The notes beneath the pieces were generated by a model, which did no database searches, was not told where the DNA came from, and saw only the letters and a list, made by a program, of their open reading frames with translations. Below, one piece after another: positions 16,448 through 28,100 of a stretch of DNA of 64,000 nucleotides. A program made the position numbers and the translations under genes. Each line of letters begins with the position of its first letter. Position 1 is the stretch's first letter. The stretch lies in assembly GCA_049579805.1 (NCBI GenBank), contig JBAUOP010000048.1:27136-91135 (forward strand), in the 5' to 3' direction. Source of the DNA: Acidobacteriaceae bacterium (GTDB taxonomy: Bacteria > Acidobacteriota > Terriglobia > Terriglobales > Acidobacteriaceae).

Positions 16448-17278
16448 CTACACCACTTGTCCCTTGTTGCGTTCGAGGATGCGGGCCAGTTCGGCCCGTC
16501 CCCGGCTGATTCTCGATTTCACGGTACCTTCAGGAATGCGCAGGACCTGTGCGATTTCCTTATAGTCCATATCCTGCAGGTCGCGCAGGATGACGGCTTC
16601 CCGGAGCTCGGGCGAAATCTTCGTCAGAGCTTCCTGCACCATCTTTTCAATCTCTTTCTGCACTGCCTTGTCATGCTGCGTCGGTTTGTTGTCGGCCAGC
16701 CGCTGTATGAGAGGGATGTCGTCGCCGTTGCCTTCCCAGCCGGCATCCATCGAATCGGTGACGCGCTGCGCCCGCGAGCGGCGGAAGTGATCCACCAGCA
16801 GGTTGCGGGTCAGGGTGGTGATCCAGGTCTGGAAGCTGCCCCGCGTCAGATCGAAGGCCGCCAGGTTGCCGTAGACCTTCAGGAAGACTTCCTGGGTAAG
16901 GTCTTCGGCGTCGTTGGGGGATCCGGTGAAGCGATAACAAAGGCCATACACACGCCTGTGATGCGCTTTGACCAGCTCCGTCCAGGCAAAGGAGTCCCCT
17001 TTCAGGCACCGCTCCACCAGGACCTGCCACTCGGCTTCCACAGGCTTCTCCCCGAATCGATCGCCGGCGCGCTCGCCCCGATCGCCAATCCTTGCCGACG
17101 GTTGGCGCTGCCAGCGGTCCGCCGGACCCGGCTCTCCACTGCCTGGCGCCCGATACTGCCCTGGCCTTACCGCCTCGGCCCGGGCGGCACGCCGGCCTGC
17201 GGGGAGCCCTGGCAGCCCGAGTTTCCCCAGGTTCCAGGTTCCGTCCCACGTCATGGTCCCGGCGGTGCTCATGGGCAA
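16448..17278 (-). CDS. RNA polymerase sigma-70 factor, ECF subfamily, with ~85-aa N-terminal extension
   Basis: The core AEDLTQEVFLKVYGNLAAFD...FQTWITTLTRNLLVDHFRR (region 2) and ...LRDLQDMDYKEIAQVLRIPEGTVKSRISRGR (region 4) are unambiguous. The track start is TTG at 17278 and the first ATG is at 17272. The N-terminal extension is low-complexity, so the real start is uncertain. Confidence 0.85.
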   Translation of the reverse strand: MPMSTAGTMTWDGTWNLGKLGLPGLPAGRRAARAEAVRPGQYRAPGSGEPGPADRWQRQPSARIGDRGERAGDRFGEKPVEAEWQVLVERCLKGDSFAWTELVKAHHRRVYGLCYRFTGSPNDAEDLTQEVFLKVYGNLAAFDLTRGSFQTWITTLTRNLLVDHFRRSRAQRVTDSMDAGWEGNGDDIPLIQRLADNKPTQHDKAVQKEIEKMVQEALTKISPELREAVILRDLQDMDYKEIAQVLRIPEGTVKSRISRGRAELARILERNKGQVV

Positions 17279-17281
17279 TCA

Positions 17282-17307
17282 TACGCATTGGAGGCGGGTT
17301 TGGTTCC
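17282..17307 (-). promoter_or_regulatory. Candidate ECF-type (autoregulated) promoter GGAACC-N16-CGTA
   Basis: The minus strand reads tgcGGAACCaaacccgcctccaatgCGTAtgatTTGcccATG. This gives a -35 GGAAC and a -10 CGT spaced 16 nt, as in many ECF regulons. The -35 sits in the loop of a perfect 9-bp palindrome (17294-17317). Confidence 0.4.
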
Positions 17308-17429
17308 GCAAACCCGCGACGCCTGACCCTGGCAAATTTCGTCGTCAAACCCTGGCGATCCAGCCAAAAAATCGGCCGCGCCCCGCTGCCCCATCGCCAA
17401 AACAGGCAGCTTATCAGTATGCTTCCGCC

Positions 17430-19388
17430 ATGCTTTCCCGGTCTGCTGGAGGGTCCGCGCGCTGGCCTCGTCCCGTCGCGGGACCGGTTGCGAACCTTCT
17501 CTCCGCCGTCCGCGCCGCGGCGGCTCTGCTGTTCCTGCTGCTGGCCGCATGGAGCCCGCTCACCGCACAGACCGCCAGCGCGTCGCAGCCGCTCGTCCGC
17601 TACCATTTCGGGGACGATACGCAGTTGGCGTCGGCTCGATTCGAGGATAGTGGGTGGGCGGTGGCGCCGCAGGGACAGGTCCCCTCGGTGGCAGGAAAGG
17701 GCGACAGCTTTCTCTGGGTGAGGCTGCGCGTGCCAGTGGCGCGTGACCTGCACGGTCCGCTGGCACTGCATCTCAGCAATCTCGGTATCCAGCCGACCGC
17801 GTGGCAGGTTTTTGTGAACGGAGAGGCGGTCGGTGGGCAGGGTTCGTTTCCACCCACGGCCGACCCAGCCGAACCTCCCGTGTCTCCGGTGATGGAGTTG
17901 CCCTCCGGACTGGTCGCTCCCGGCTCCTCGGCACTGATCGCTCTGCGCGAGTGGCAGGCGCCGTCGTTCTTCGAGACTCATGCTCCAAGCCGCCCGTCAG
18001 CGACGATCGACGAAGTGCGGGTGCTCGATCTGGCCGTGCGGGCCGGCGCCGCGGAAATCCTGGCGGAGAACGCACCGGAGGACGCGCTGAGCGCTCTGCT
18101 GGCTCTGGTCGGCGTCGTCCTGCTGTTCTTCTGGCGCAACTCTCGCCGGCCTGAGTACCTGTGGGCCGCAATCATGCAGCTGGCCCCTCTGTTGACGGCA
18201 ATCCTTTCCACCGGCGCGGTGACTGCGCGCCTTTCGTTCCGTGAACAGACTCTGGCGTGGGCTGTGGTCTTCGCTTCGGGTCTGATCGCCGAGATTGAAT
18301 TCATGTGGGCGGTCTTCGGGCTGCGGTCGCGCCCGCTCCACATTCTGTGGCACGCGATCTGGGTCGCCTTTATCGCGGCTCAGATTGGCGAGGGCTGGTT
18401 TCTGGGATCGCCGGGGATCGAGCACCTGTGCCGCACGGTCATCGTTGTCCTGGTTCCGGCCTTCGACGCCATCCTCTTTCCGGTTTGTATCCGCGAGATG
18501 TTCCGAAGGGGTGGCAATCGCGCCTTCGCCGCAGCAATGTGTGTGATGGAGGTGACCATCGGGCTGGCGGCTTTGGGATACTCCGTTCACGTCGCACTCG
18601 GGCCGTTCACGGTCGATCTCTTTCAGCTGACCGTGACCCTGGTGGATCTGGCCATCGCCGCCCTGCTGATCGGCCACGCAGTGCGGGCCTGGCGCGAGGC
18701 CAATGGTTTGCGCGTCGAGCTCGACGCCGCCCGCGAAGTGCAGCAGAACCTGGTGACTGCGCCGCCGGCGACGCCCGGCTTCCGCATCGACAGCGCCTAT
18801 CATCCGGCCACGCAGGTCGGTGGCGATTTCTATCGCGTCCTGCCTGACGACGACGGTAGCGTCCTGATCGTCGTGGGCGATGTCAGCGGCAAAGGCCTGC
18901 GCGCGGCCATGACCGTTTCGACCATCATCGGCTCTCTGCGCACGCTTCCGGCGCAGGGTCCGGCTCAGATCCTTCGCGAGCTGAACCGGTCGCTCGCCGG
19001 CAATCTGCGCGGCGGTCTGGTGACGTGTTGTGCTGCACGCGTCTCTGCTGAAGGTGTCCTCACCCTGGCTAATGCCGGCCATCTGGCGCCGTATCGCAAC
19101 GGGGAAGAACTCACCCTGCCGCCCGGGCTGCCGCTCGGCATCGTCCCTGACGCCGAGTATCCGGAAACGATCGTCGAACTCAACCCCGGCGAAACCTTGA
19201 CGTTCATGTCGGACGGCGTTGTGGAAGCCCGCAACCGTAATGGCGAACTGTTCGGATTCGACCGCACGCGGCAAATCTCCGGCCAGCCGGCCGAAGCCAT
19301 TGCGCAGGCGGCGCAGACCTTCGGTCAGGAAGACGACATTACCGTGCTGACCCTCGCGTTTGCGGGAGCAGGAGTGCCCCATGCGTAA
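17430..19388 (+). CDS. Membrane sensor PP2C-family (SpoIIE-type) serine phosphatase
   Basis: I use the ATG at 17430 (MLSRSAGG..., signal/TM LLFLLLAAW); the track ORF starts 154 codons earlier inside the sigma gene. It has an extracytoplasmic N-domain and about 7 TM helices. The C-terminal PP2C motifs are GGDFYRVLPDDDGSVLIVVGDVSGKGLRAAM and SDGVVEA.N..GE.FG..R. Confidence 0.85.
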   Translation: MLSRSAGGSARWPRPVAGPVANLLSAVRAAAALLFLLLAAWSPLTAQTASASQPLVRYHFGDDTQLASARFEDSGWAVAPQGQVPSVAGKGDSFLWVRLRVPVARDLHGPLALHLSNLGIQPTAWQVFVNGEAVGGQGSFPPTADPAEPPVSPVMELPSGLVAPGSSALIALREWQAPSFFETHAPSRPSATIDEVRVLDLAVRAGAAEILAENAPEDALSALLALVGVVLLFFWRNSRRPEYLWAAIMQLAPLLTAILSTGAVTARLSFREQTLAWAVVFASGLIAEIEFMWAVFGLRSRPLHILWHAIWVAFIAAQIGEGWFLGSPGIEHLCRTVIVVLVPAFDAILFPVCIREMFRRGGNRAFAAAMCVMEVTIGLAALGYSVHVALGPFTVDLFQLTVTLVDLAIAALLIGHAVRAWREANGLRVELDAAREVQQNLVTAPPATPGFRIDSAYHPATQVGGDFYRVLPDDDGSVLIVVGDVSGKGLRAAMTVSTIIGSLRTLPAQGPAQILRELNRSLAGNLRGGLVTCCAARVSAEGVLTLANAGHLAPYRNGEELTLPPGLPLGIVPDAEYPETIVELNPGETLTFMSDGVVEARNRNGELFGFDRTRQISGQPAEAIAQAAQTFGQEDDITVLTLAFAGAGVPHA

Positions 19389-19535
19389 GGTCTTCCCTGC
19401 GCTCGCGGTGCTGCGCGCCTGCCCATCCTCAGCGCTCTGCGGGCAAGCGGCCTCCCTGCAGCCCTGGCCCAATGGCTCTGTCGCGCTCAATTCTTCACTT
19501 TTCAGGCCAGCTAACGGCTTTTCGCAAACCACTCG

Positions 19536-19976
19536 TTAGCTGCGCTGCGCTGCGACCGCGCCCCAGCTCTCCGGGCTCACATCCCGCGCGTGCCGCGAGA
19601 ACAGCCAGTGGTGGCCGTCCAGATCCTGCGCCGCATATTGGTATTCGCCATAGGCGGTCTCATGCGGCGGCTCGAGAATCATCGCGCCGGCAGCCTTTGC
19701 TCGCACATAATGGCCATCCACGTCATCGACAAAGAGGGTCAGCGACTGCGTACCGAAGCCGAGCTCCGCGGGAACCTTCTGGCCGCCTTGCGCCTGGCGG
19801 ACCTGGATGACGGCGCGGCCCGCCTGCATCTGCCCGCCGTCGGGGCCGCCACCGTAGCGATAGAGCTCCGTGAAGCCGAAGGCGCGTTCCAGCCAGGCGA
19901 TCGCCGTCGCCAGGTCGCGATAGGCAATGTGCGGCATCACGTCATGGGCCGGGACAGAGCGGTTGGTCTGGGCCAT
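19536..19976 (-). CDS. VOC-family (glyoxalase/bleomycin-resistance fold) protein
   Basis: 146 aa. IAYRDLATAIAWLERAFGF...L.LFVDDVDGHY.RAKAAGA.I...P.ET.YGEY.Y.A.DLDGH.W.F is the typical VOC pattern. Confidence 0.85.
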   Translation of the reverse strand: MAQTNRSVPAHDVMPHIAYRDLATAIAWLERAFGFTELYRYGGGPDGGQMQAGRAVIQVRQAQGGQKVPAELGFGTQSLTLFVDDVDGHYVRAKAAGAMILEPPHETAYGEYQYAAQDLDGHHWLFSRHARDVSPESWGAVAAQRS

Positions 19977-20035
19977 AGCAGAGAATTGTAGTCGCGCGAG
20001 CGGCCTGGCATTGCAGAGGCTGCGAGAATGTCTGC

Positions 20036-20572
20036 TCAGAATGATTCGAGAATGTCAGCCACGGCGGCGCGCGCGAATTCCTGGGCCAGGCGCTGTGTGG
20101 CCGCCGAGTCTTCCTGGATGTAGCTGGCGAGATCCTGGATCTGCTCATACTGCTGACGGAAGACGTAGGACGGATTCTGCCAGATGACTTTGCCGTGGCG
20201 ATCGACCAGCTCAAGCCGGGTGGTGATGGTGACGAGGTAGCTCGAGGTCTGCCCCGTGGTGTTGTCGTAGTTGAGCGGAGCGATCAGGAAGCTGGTGATC
20301 GTGCCGCGCAGGGTGGCATCGGCGCCGGGATCTTCGCCGCTCACGATGCGGTACGAGGTGCGGCTGGTGAACTCGTGGATGACCGCCTGGGTGAAGACCG
20401 CCTGGGTTTGATACGACTGCGTGTTGTTCCGGAAGGTGGGAATGGCCAGGGTGTGCACGGTGGCGGGCAGGTGGACCGCCGAATCGACGGTGTGATAGTT
20501 GCAGCCGCCGAGCGCGAGAAGGGCCGCGCTGAGGAGGGCCGCGCCTGGAACCGAGAGGCAGCGACGGATCAT
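20036..20572 (-). CDS. Lipoprotein, LptE-like (LPS-assembly lipoprotein family)
   Basis: Lipobox LLALGGC. The pattern TLAIPTFRNNTQ..Q....FT.A...EF..R..YRIV......ADA.L.G.I.S resembles LptE. The family call is from memory and was not verified. Confidence 0.55.
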   Translation of the reverse strand: MIRRCLSVPGAALLSAALLALGGCNYHTVDSAVHLPATVHTLAIPTFRNNTQSYQTQAVFTQAVIHEFTSRTSYRIVSGEDPGADATLRGTITSFLIAPLNYDNTTGQTSSYLVTITTRLELVDRHGKVIWQNPSYVFRQQYEQIQDLASYIQEDSAATQRLAQEFARAAVADILESF

Positions 20573-20589
20573 GCTGGAATTATTGTCGC

Positions 20590-20622
20590 AGAAGCAGAAA
20601 GGGCAGCTCCGGAGAGCTGCCC
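20590..20622 (-). terminator. Rho-independent-like hairpin between ftsH and the LptE-like gene
   Basis: Minus strand: GGGCAGCTC-TCCG-GAGCTGCCC followed by TTTCTGCTTCTG. The 9-bp perfect stem is at 20601-20622. Confidence 0.55.
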
Positions 20623-20642
20623 CTGGGAAAAAGAGACGAAGG

Positions 20643-22586
<1,944 letters not shown>

Positions 22587-22942
22587 GCCTCTCCACTCAT
22601 CCCGGACGGGCCGTCCGCACCAATCCGGATCCTAGCTCTCCAATAGAATTAGACGCCGCAAAGCGGCCCGCGGAGTCAGCCAATTTCCTAGCCGGAATAC
22701 CCCCGTTGCAGGTCCCGGCGGGGAGCCGAACGCGTATCCTGAATTGTACTCCCTGACCCCTCGCCGGCATGTGGAACTTAGGTGGTACGGCGAAGCCCCC
22801 CTGAAATGGACCTGCCTCCTTAATCATGGAGATCCTGCGGCGCCGAAATGCGCCGAGCTGAGGGGGGTCGCAGGCCGCCCTGGCGCTTCTCAGCAGAGCA
22901 GGAAGTTGGCGTTGCGGCCGCCTGCGCAGTACTCTATCGGCC

Positions 22943-24832
22943 ATGTCCCTGGATCGCCGCGAGTTCCTCGCCATCAGCGGCCGCTTCGGCCTTGCCTCCA
23001 CCCTTTTTCCCGGCGCTCTCTACACCCTGGCCGCGCAGGCCCAGGCGCAGACCGGCGCAGGGTCCGGCTCCGGCGTGGAGCCGCAACGGCCAAAGATCAC
23101 GCCGGAGATGATCGACGAGGCCGCGGCTCTGGCCGGGATCGGCATTCCTGACGAGGATCGCCAGGCCATGCTCGACGGCCTGAACGAGGATCGCCAGGGA
23201 TACGTGGAAATTCGCAAGCTGCACCTGCCCAATGCTGTGCCGCCCGCGTTTGTCTTCGATCCTTTACCGCCCCACGTGAGCGTGGACAGCGCCCGCCAGC
23301 CGGCCGTCTACGGCCAGGCGCCTGCGACACTGACGGTTCCTTCGAACCTTGAGGATCTGGCCTTTGCCTCGGCGATGGAGCTGGGCAATCTGCTTCGCCG
23401 GCGCAAGGTTTCTTCGACCCACCTGACGGAGATGTACCTGGCGCGGCTGAAGCGCTACGATCCGCTGCTGCATTTCTTGATCACCCTGACGGAGGAGCGC
23501 GCCCTCAATCAGGCCCGCGAGGCCGACGCGGAGATTGCGCGCGGGCATTATCGCGGCCCCCTGCACGGTCTGCCGTGGGGCGCGAAGGATTTGCTCGCCG
23601 TGAAGGGCTACCCCACAACGTGGGGCGCAGGCGGATTCGAGCATCAGGTGATCGATACGGACGCCACCGTGGTGAAGCGGCTGGATGCGGCCGGGGCCGT
23701 ACTGATTGCAAAGCTCACCCTGGGAGCGCTGGCCATGGGGGACTGGTGGTTCGGGGGGCGCACGCGCAACCCCTGGAACCCGAAGCAGGGCTCCAGCGGT
23801 TCGTCGGCGGGTCCGGCTTCGGCCACGGCGGCGGGATGCGTGGCCTTTTCGGTGGGATCGGAAACCCTTGGCTCCATTTCCTCGCCTTCGACACGCTGCG
23901 GCTGCGCCGGCCTGCGGCCTACCTTTGGCTTTGTTCCGCGCACGGGCGCCATGGCCCTGAGCTGGACGATGGACAAGCTGGGACCTATCTGCCGTGCGGT
24001 GGAAGACTGCGCCGCGGTCCTGGAGGCGATCTACGGCCCCGACGGCGAGGACCTGTCTGTCCGCGATGCGGCGTTTAACTGGAATGCCGATCTGGACTGG
24101 AAGAGCCTGCGGGTTGGCTATCTGAAGCAGAGCTTCGAGCCGGATCAGCCGCAGCCGGCCGCAAAGCCGGCTCCGGCGAATGAAACACCTGAGCAGGAGA
24201 AGCAGCGCGAGACGCACGAGCGACAGCGGGCTGCGTATCGGGCGCGCCGCGCCTATGACCGGAAGTACGATCGGGCCGCACTCGATAAGCTCCGTTCTTT
24301 GGGGTTCAACCTGATCCCGCTCGATCTGCCCCCGTTGCCGTACGGTGCAATGGTGCCCGGACTGAACGCCGAAGCCGCCGCGGCCTTCGATGAGCTCACG
24401 CTCACAGGTCGCGACAAGCTGCTAACCCGGCAGACGCCGGAAGACTGGCCCAACGTCTTCCGGGTAGCTCGTTTCATCCCTGCTGTGGAATACATTCAGA
24501 TGAATCGCGCCCGATCGCTGGCCATCCGTCAGGTATCCGCGGTGTTCGACCAGGTGGATGTCGTCGTGGCTTCCACGAACAGCGAGCAGCTGGTAGTGAC
24601 GAACCTGACCGGGCATCCCGCCTGTATCGTTCCCAACGGCCTTCGCGGTCCGGACGCACCGCAACCGCCGGCGGTGGACAGCGGGGAGGATGACCAGATT
24701 GGGGGACCCGGTACCCCGGTGAGCATCACATTCCTGGCGAACCATTATCAGGACGCAAAACTCTGCGCGCTGGCGCGGGGCTATCAGCAGGCCGCCGGTT
24801 TCGAGAAGCTGCACCCGAAGCTTCCGGGCTGA
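22943..24832 (+). CDS. Tat-exported amidase-signature family amidase
   Basis: Twin-arginine leader MSLDRREFLAISG. Amidase signature GPLHGLPWGAKDLL...GSSGSSAGPASATAAGCVAFSVGSETLGSISSPS. 629 aa with a charged insert (EQEKQRETHERQRAAYRARRAY). Confidence 0.9.
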   Translation: MSLDRREFLAISGRFGLASTLFPGALYTLAAQAQAQTGAGSGSGVEPQRPKITPEMIDEAAALAGIGIPDEDRQAMLDGLNEDRQGYVEIRKLHLPNAVPPAFVFDPLPPHVSVDSARQPAVYGQAPATLTVPSNLEDLAFASAMELGNLLRRRKVSSTHLTEMYLARLKRYDPLLHFLITLTEERALNQAREADAEIARGHYRGPLHGLPWGAKDLLAVKGYPTTWGAGGFEHQVIDTDATVVKRLDAAGAVLIAKLTLGALAMGDWWFGGRTRNPWNPKQGSSGSSAGPASATAAGCVAFSVGSETLGSISSPSTRCGCAGLRPTFGFVPRTGAMALSWTMDKLGPICRAVEDCAAVLEAIYGPDGEDLSVRDAAFNWNADLDWKSLRVGYLKQSFEPDQPQPAAKPAPANETPEQEKQRETHERQRAAYRARRAYDRKYDRAALDKLRSLGFNLIPLDLPPLPYGAMVPGLNAEAAAAFDELTLTGRDKLLTRQTPEDWPNVFRVARFIPAVEYIQMNRARSLAIRQVSAVFDQVDVVVASTNSEQLVVTNLTGHPACIVPNGLRGPDAPQPPAVDSGEDDQIGGPGTPVSITFLANHYQDAKLCALARGYQQAAGFEKLHPKLPG

Positions 24833-24937
24833 TTGCGATGCAAGCCAGCTGCCCACCAGGGCCCTGGATGAACATTGAAGGAATTCCGAGAAGTTACCGG
24901 CGTCCAGCGGAAAGCCGATCCTGGCCGCGGTTTCCCG

Positions 24938-24966
24938 GTGACTTTTCAGGTTACTTTCGAGGTAGC
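24938..24966. repeat. 12-nt tandem direct repeat upstream of the lectin-domain gene
   Basis: gtgacttttcag gttactttcgag gtagc, about 210 bp upstream of the ATG at 25175. Confidence 0.5.
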
Positions 24967-25174
24967 GGACCGCACGAAAAGATTCCCTGGTGATTACCTT
25001 GACGCTGCCCTGGACGGTGGTTATGATTCACGCACTATTGCATATGGATCGCGGTAGTTGCTGCTCATCCCGCTGACGGGCGAATTCCCTCCCCAGTAGC
25101 CCGGAAAAGTGGAGCGGCCTAAGGCCAAATTTCTTGATCAGGGGCTTGCCGCGTGTGAGCCCCGGAGGGAACCC

Positions 25175-28100
25175 ATGACATTCCTGAAGTCGCGTCGAAA
25201 CCTGTCCCTGGTGGCTATGGCCGCGAGCGTTGCTCTGGCTCTGGGATCTGCTGCTTCATCGGCGCAGCAGATCACGTATTACGATTTCGACGCGCCTCAG
25301 GCGAACTCCGGGCAGATTTCCCGAGACTGCTCCGCAGGGCCTGGTTCCGCCCTGTTTTGCCTGAACGACGGCGGCAACAACGTGCTTCCGTATTTCTTCT
25401 CGGACACCTATCCGGCCAGCATCGATCCGAACTCGGCCGATAACCCACCGGTAAGCAGTTCGCATTACGCGACGGAGATGACCCTGGCGTACGGGCAGCA
25501 TTCCAGCATGTGGTTTGCAGTGCCCCAGAAGGTCGCCGATGGGTTCACCGCATATTTCGCCTTCAAACTTACGCCGAACCCGACCAGCGGGACGACGGCG
25601 GACGGTCTGGCGTTTGTCCTCCAGAACGCACCCGGACCCGGTGACGATACGGCCGGCGTCTGCACCAGCACAGGCAGTGGATTGACGGCGGTCGGCGACG
25701 GCGGCGGATGCCTGGGCTACGGGGGCATGCCAAACAGCCTCGCGCTGGAATTCGATACCTACCAGAACGGCTACGATCCCGACAACAACCACATGGCTCT
25801 GCAGAACTGCGGCGCCGGTTTGCCCAATTCGCCGGACATCGCCGCGTGCAATGTGAGCCTGAACGGGGTTGGGGCCTATGCGGCTAATCCGCTGACCTCG
25901 GCTTCGACTCCCACAGCACAAACGCCGGTGACGCTGGCGGACGGCAATGTTCATCAGGTCGTCATCGTTTACAGCGGCCCGACGGAATCGACGCCCAATC
26001 TGCTCCAGATTTATCTCGATCCGGCATTCGTACCTGGAACGCATACGCCGGTTGCCGGATCCATTCCGGTCTTCTCCGGCACCTATGACCTGACCACGGC
26101 TTTGAACCTTCTGAACAGCGGGAGCGCCAACGACAGCGCTTACGTCGGGTTCACATCCGCTACCGGCTCAGACTGGGAAAACAATGAACTGATGGCCTGG
26201 ACCTTTACGCCGCACACCACGGTCACCCAGCAGCAGCCGCTGAACCCTCCGGGGACACCGACCACATTCGACTTTGGAACGCACAGCTACACGACCAACT
26301 TCCCCACGGGCACCGATACCTCAGACATCACGATGGGCCTGATCGCGACCACCATTACACCGGCGCAGTTCACGGCATTGCTGGGCCAGGGGGCGACGCA
26401 ATATACCGGTTCGACCTGTCAGGTTTACGACGACACCGGCGGGAATTGCGTCATCTATTCCGCTTACTGCTACTACACCGACACCGGCACGCCGACGGCG
26501 TGCCCCGCTCCGACAACTCCGCCCGGCGACTGTTTGGACCCCGGCGCGACCGACTGCGTCGATCTGACGTCGGCTTATAACAACTCCGTCCAGCCAACTT
26601 CGCCGGGATATCTGCAGGGCGACCCATTCTTCAGCCCAATTACTTCCATCAGCACGACCGGTACGACCGCAACGGTGAACTGCACCGGTGAATGCGCCGT
26701 GACTGCGAACCAGACCGTGACGATTCTGAACCAGTACGACACTCCTGTTGCCTCCAACGTCACGGTTCTACCGACGCCTACCCTGAATCAGTTCACGTTC
26801 ACCACCTCATCGCCGGTCAACCAGACCGGTGGGTTCCTCACCTCCAACAATGTGCAGGACATCTTCACCGGCTACACTCCGCAGAACATCGACGGATCGA
26901 CCACCGGCAAGACCAAGAACTTCTCCGACTTTGTGGTCACGGGTGCGACCATGATCGGCAGCCAGACCCAGATCTCGGGACCCAACAACAACACGGCCAC
27001 CGTGAATATGCCGGACCAACTCACGGCAAGCATTACCATTCCATCCACGGTTGCGGAGAATGGAATTCCCGGCAACCTGCTGCAGTTGCTGCCGAACGGA
27101 AGCCCGGGCCTCACGGTCGGGGGAACGGTCAGCTTCTTTGAAGGCACGAGCACGACGCCGATCAACGGATGCGGTCCCGTGCCGCTCACCCTTAATAACT
27201 CGGTGTATCAGGCCACATGCAGCTACACGCCGACCTCAACCACCCAGGTCACGATCACGGCGCAGTATTCCGGCGATGGGTACCACCAGACCAGTTCTAA
27301 CGACGTGGTGCTCACTGTGAATCCACAGACGGTCGTGGTAAACGTGGGTACCAATCCCTCGGGCCTCAGCTTCTCCATTAACGGGGCGACTTTCACCGGG
27401 CCGCAGGCGCCAACCTGGGATATCGGGACGAACTACACGCTGGCCACCACGTCTCCGCAGAGCGGCACACCGGGCACGCAGTACGTATTCTCGTCCTGGA
27501 GCGACGGAGGAGCCATCAGCCACTCGGTGCCTGCGCCGTCGAGCACGGTGAATTACACGGCCAGCTTTAACACGCAATATCAGCTGAATGCCTCGGCGGG
27601 AACGGGAGGGTCGGTCACTGCGGCCAATGGCTACTACAACTCGCAAAGCGTAGAGAGCCTCGTGGCCACGCCGAGCGCGGGCTATAACTTCGTCGACTGG
27701 ACAGGCGGCACGGCTGGGGCGATCGCAAATCCCAGCAGCGCGAGCACGACGGTGGCAATGAATGGTCCGGAGACAATCACCGCGAACTTCACTCCGGCTT
27801 CGACGGTGAGCATTTCGCCCTCCTCGATCGATTTTGGCACGCTCTATCTGGGCAGCATCGTGACGAAGACAGTCACGGTCAAAAACATCGGAACTACTGC
27901 GCTGTCGATCACCGGCCCACGCATCGCAATCGTCGGGGGAGGCGATTCCAACGAATATGTCACGCTGAACCTCTGCCCGAGAAGCCTTGCCGCGAACAAG
28001 AGCTGCCTCATGACGGTCACGTTCATCGCCGGGCCGACCTACACGGCACAGACGGCAACGCTGACGGTCACCGACAGTTCACCGGGCAGCCCGCAGAGCG

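Noticed and set aside
24875-25057. 60-aa ORF in the leader of the lectin-domain gene
   Set aside because: It has low GC3, no start context and no motif. It is more likely 5' UTR or promoter sequence.
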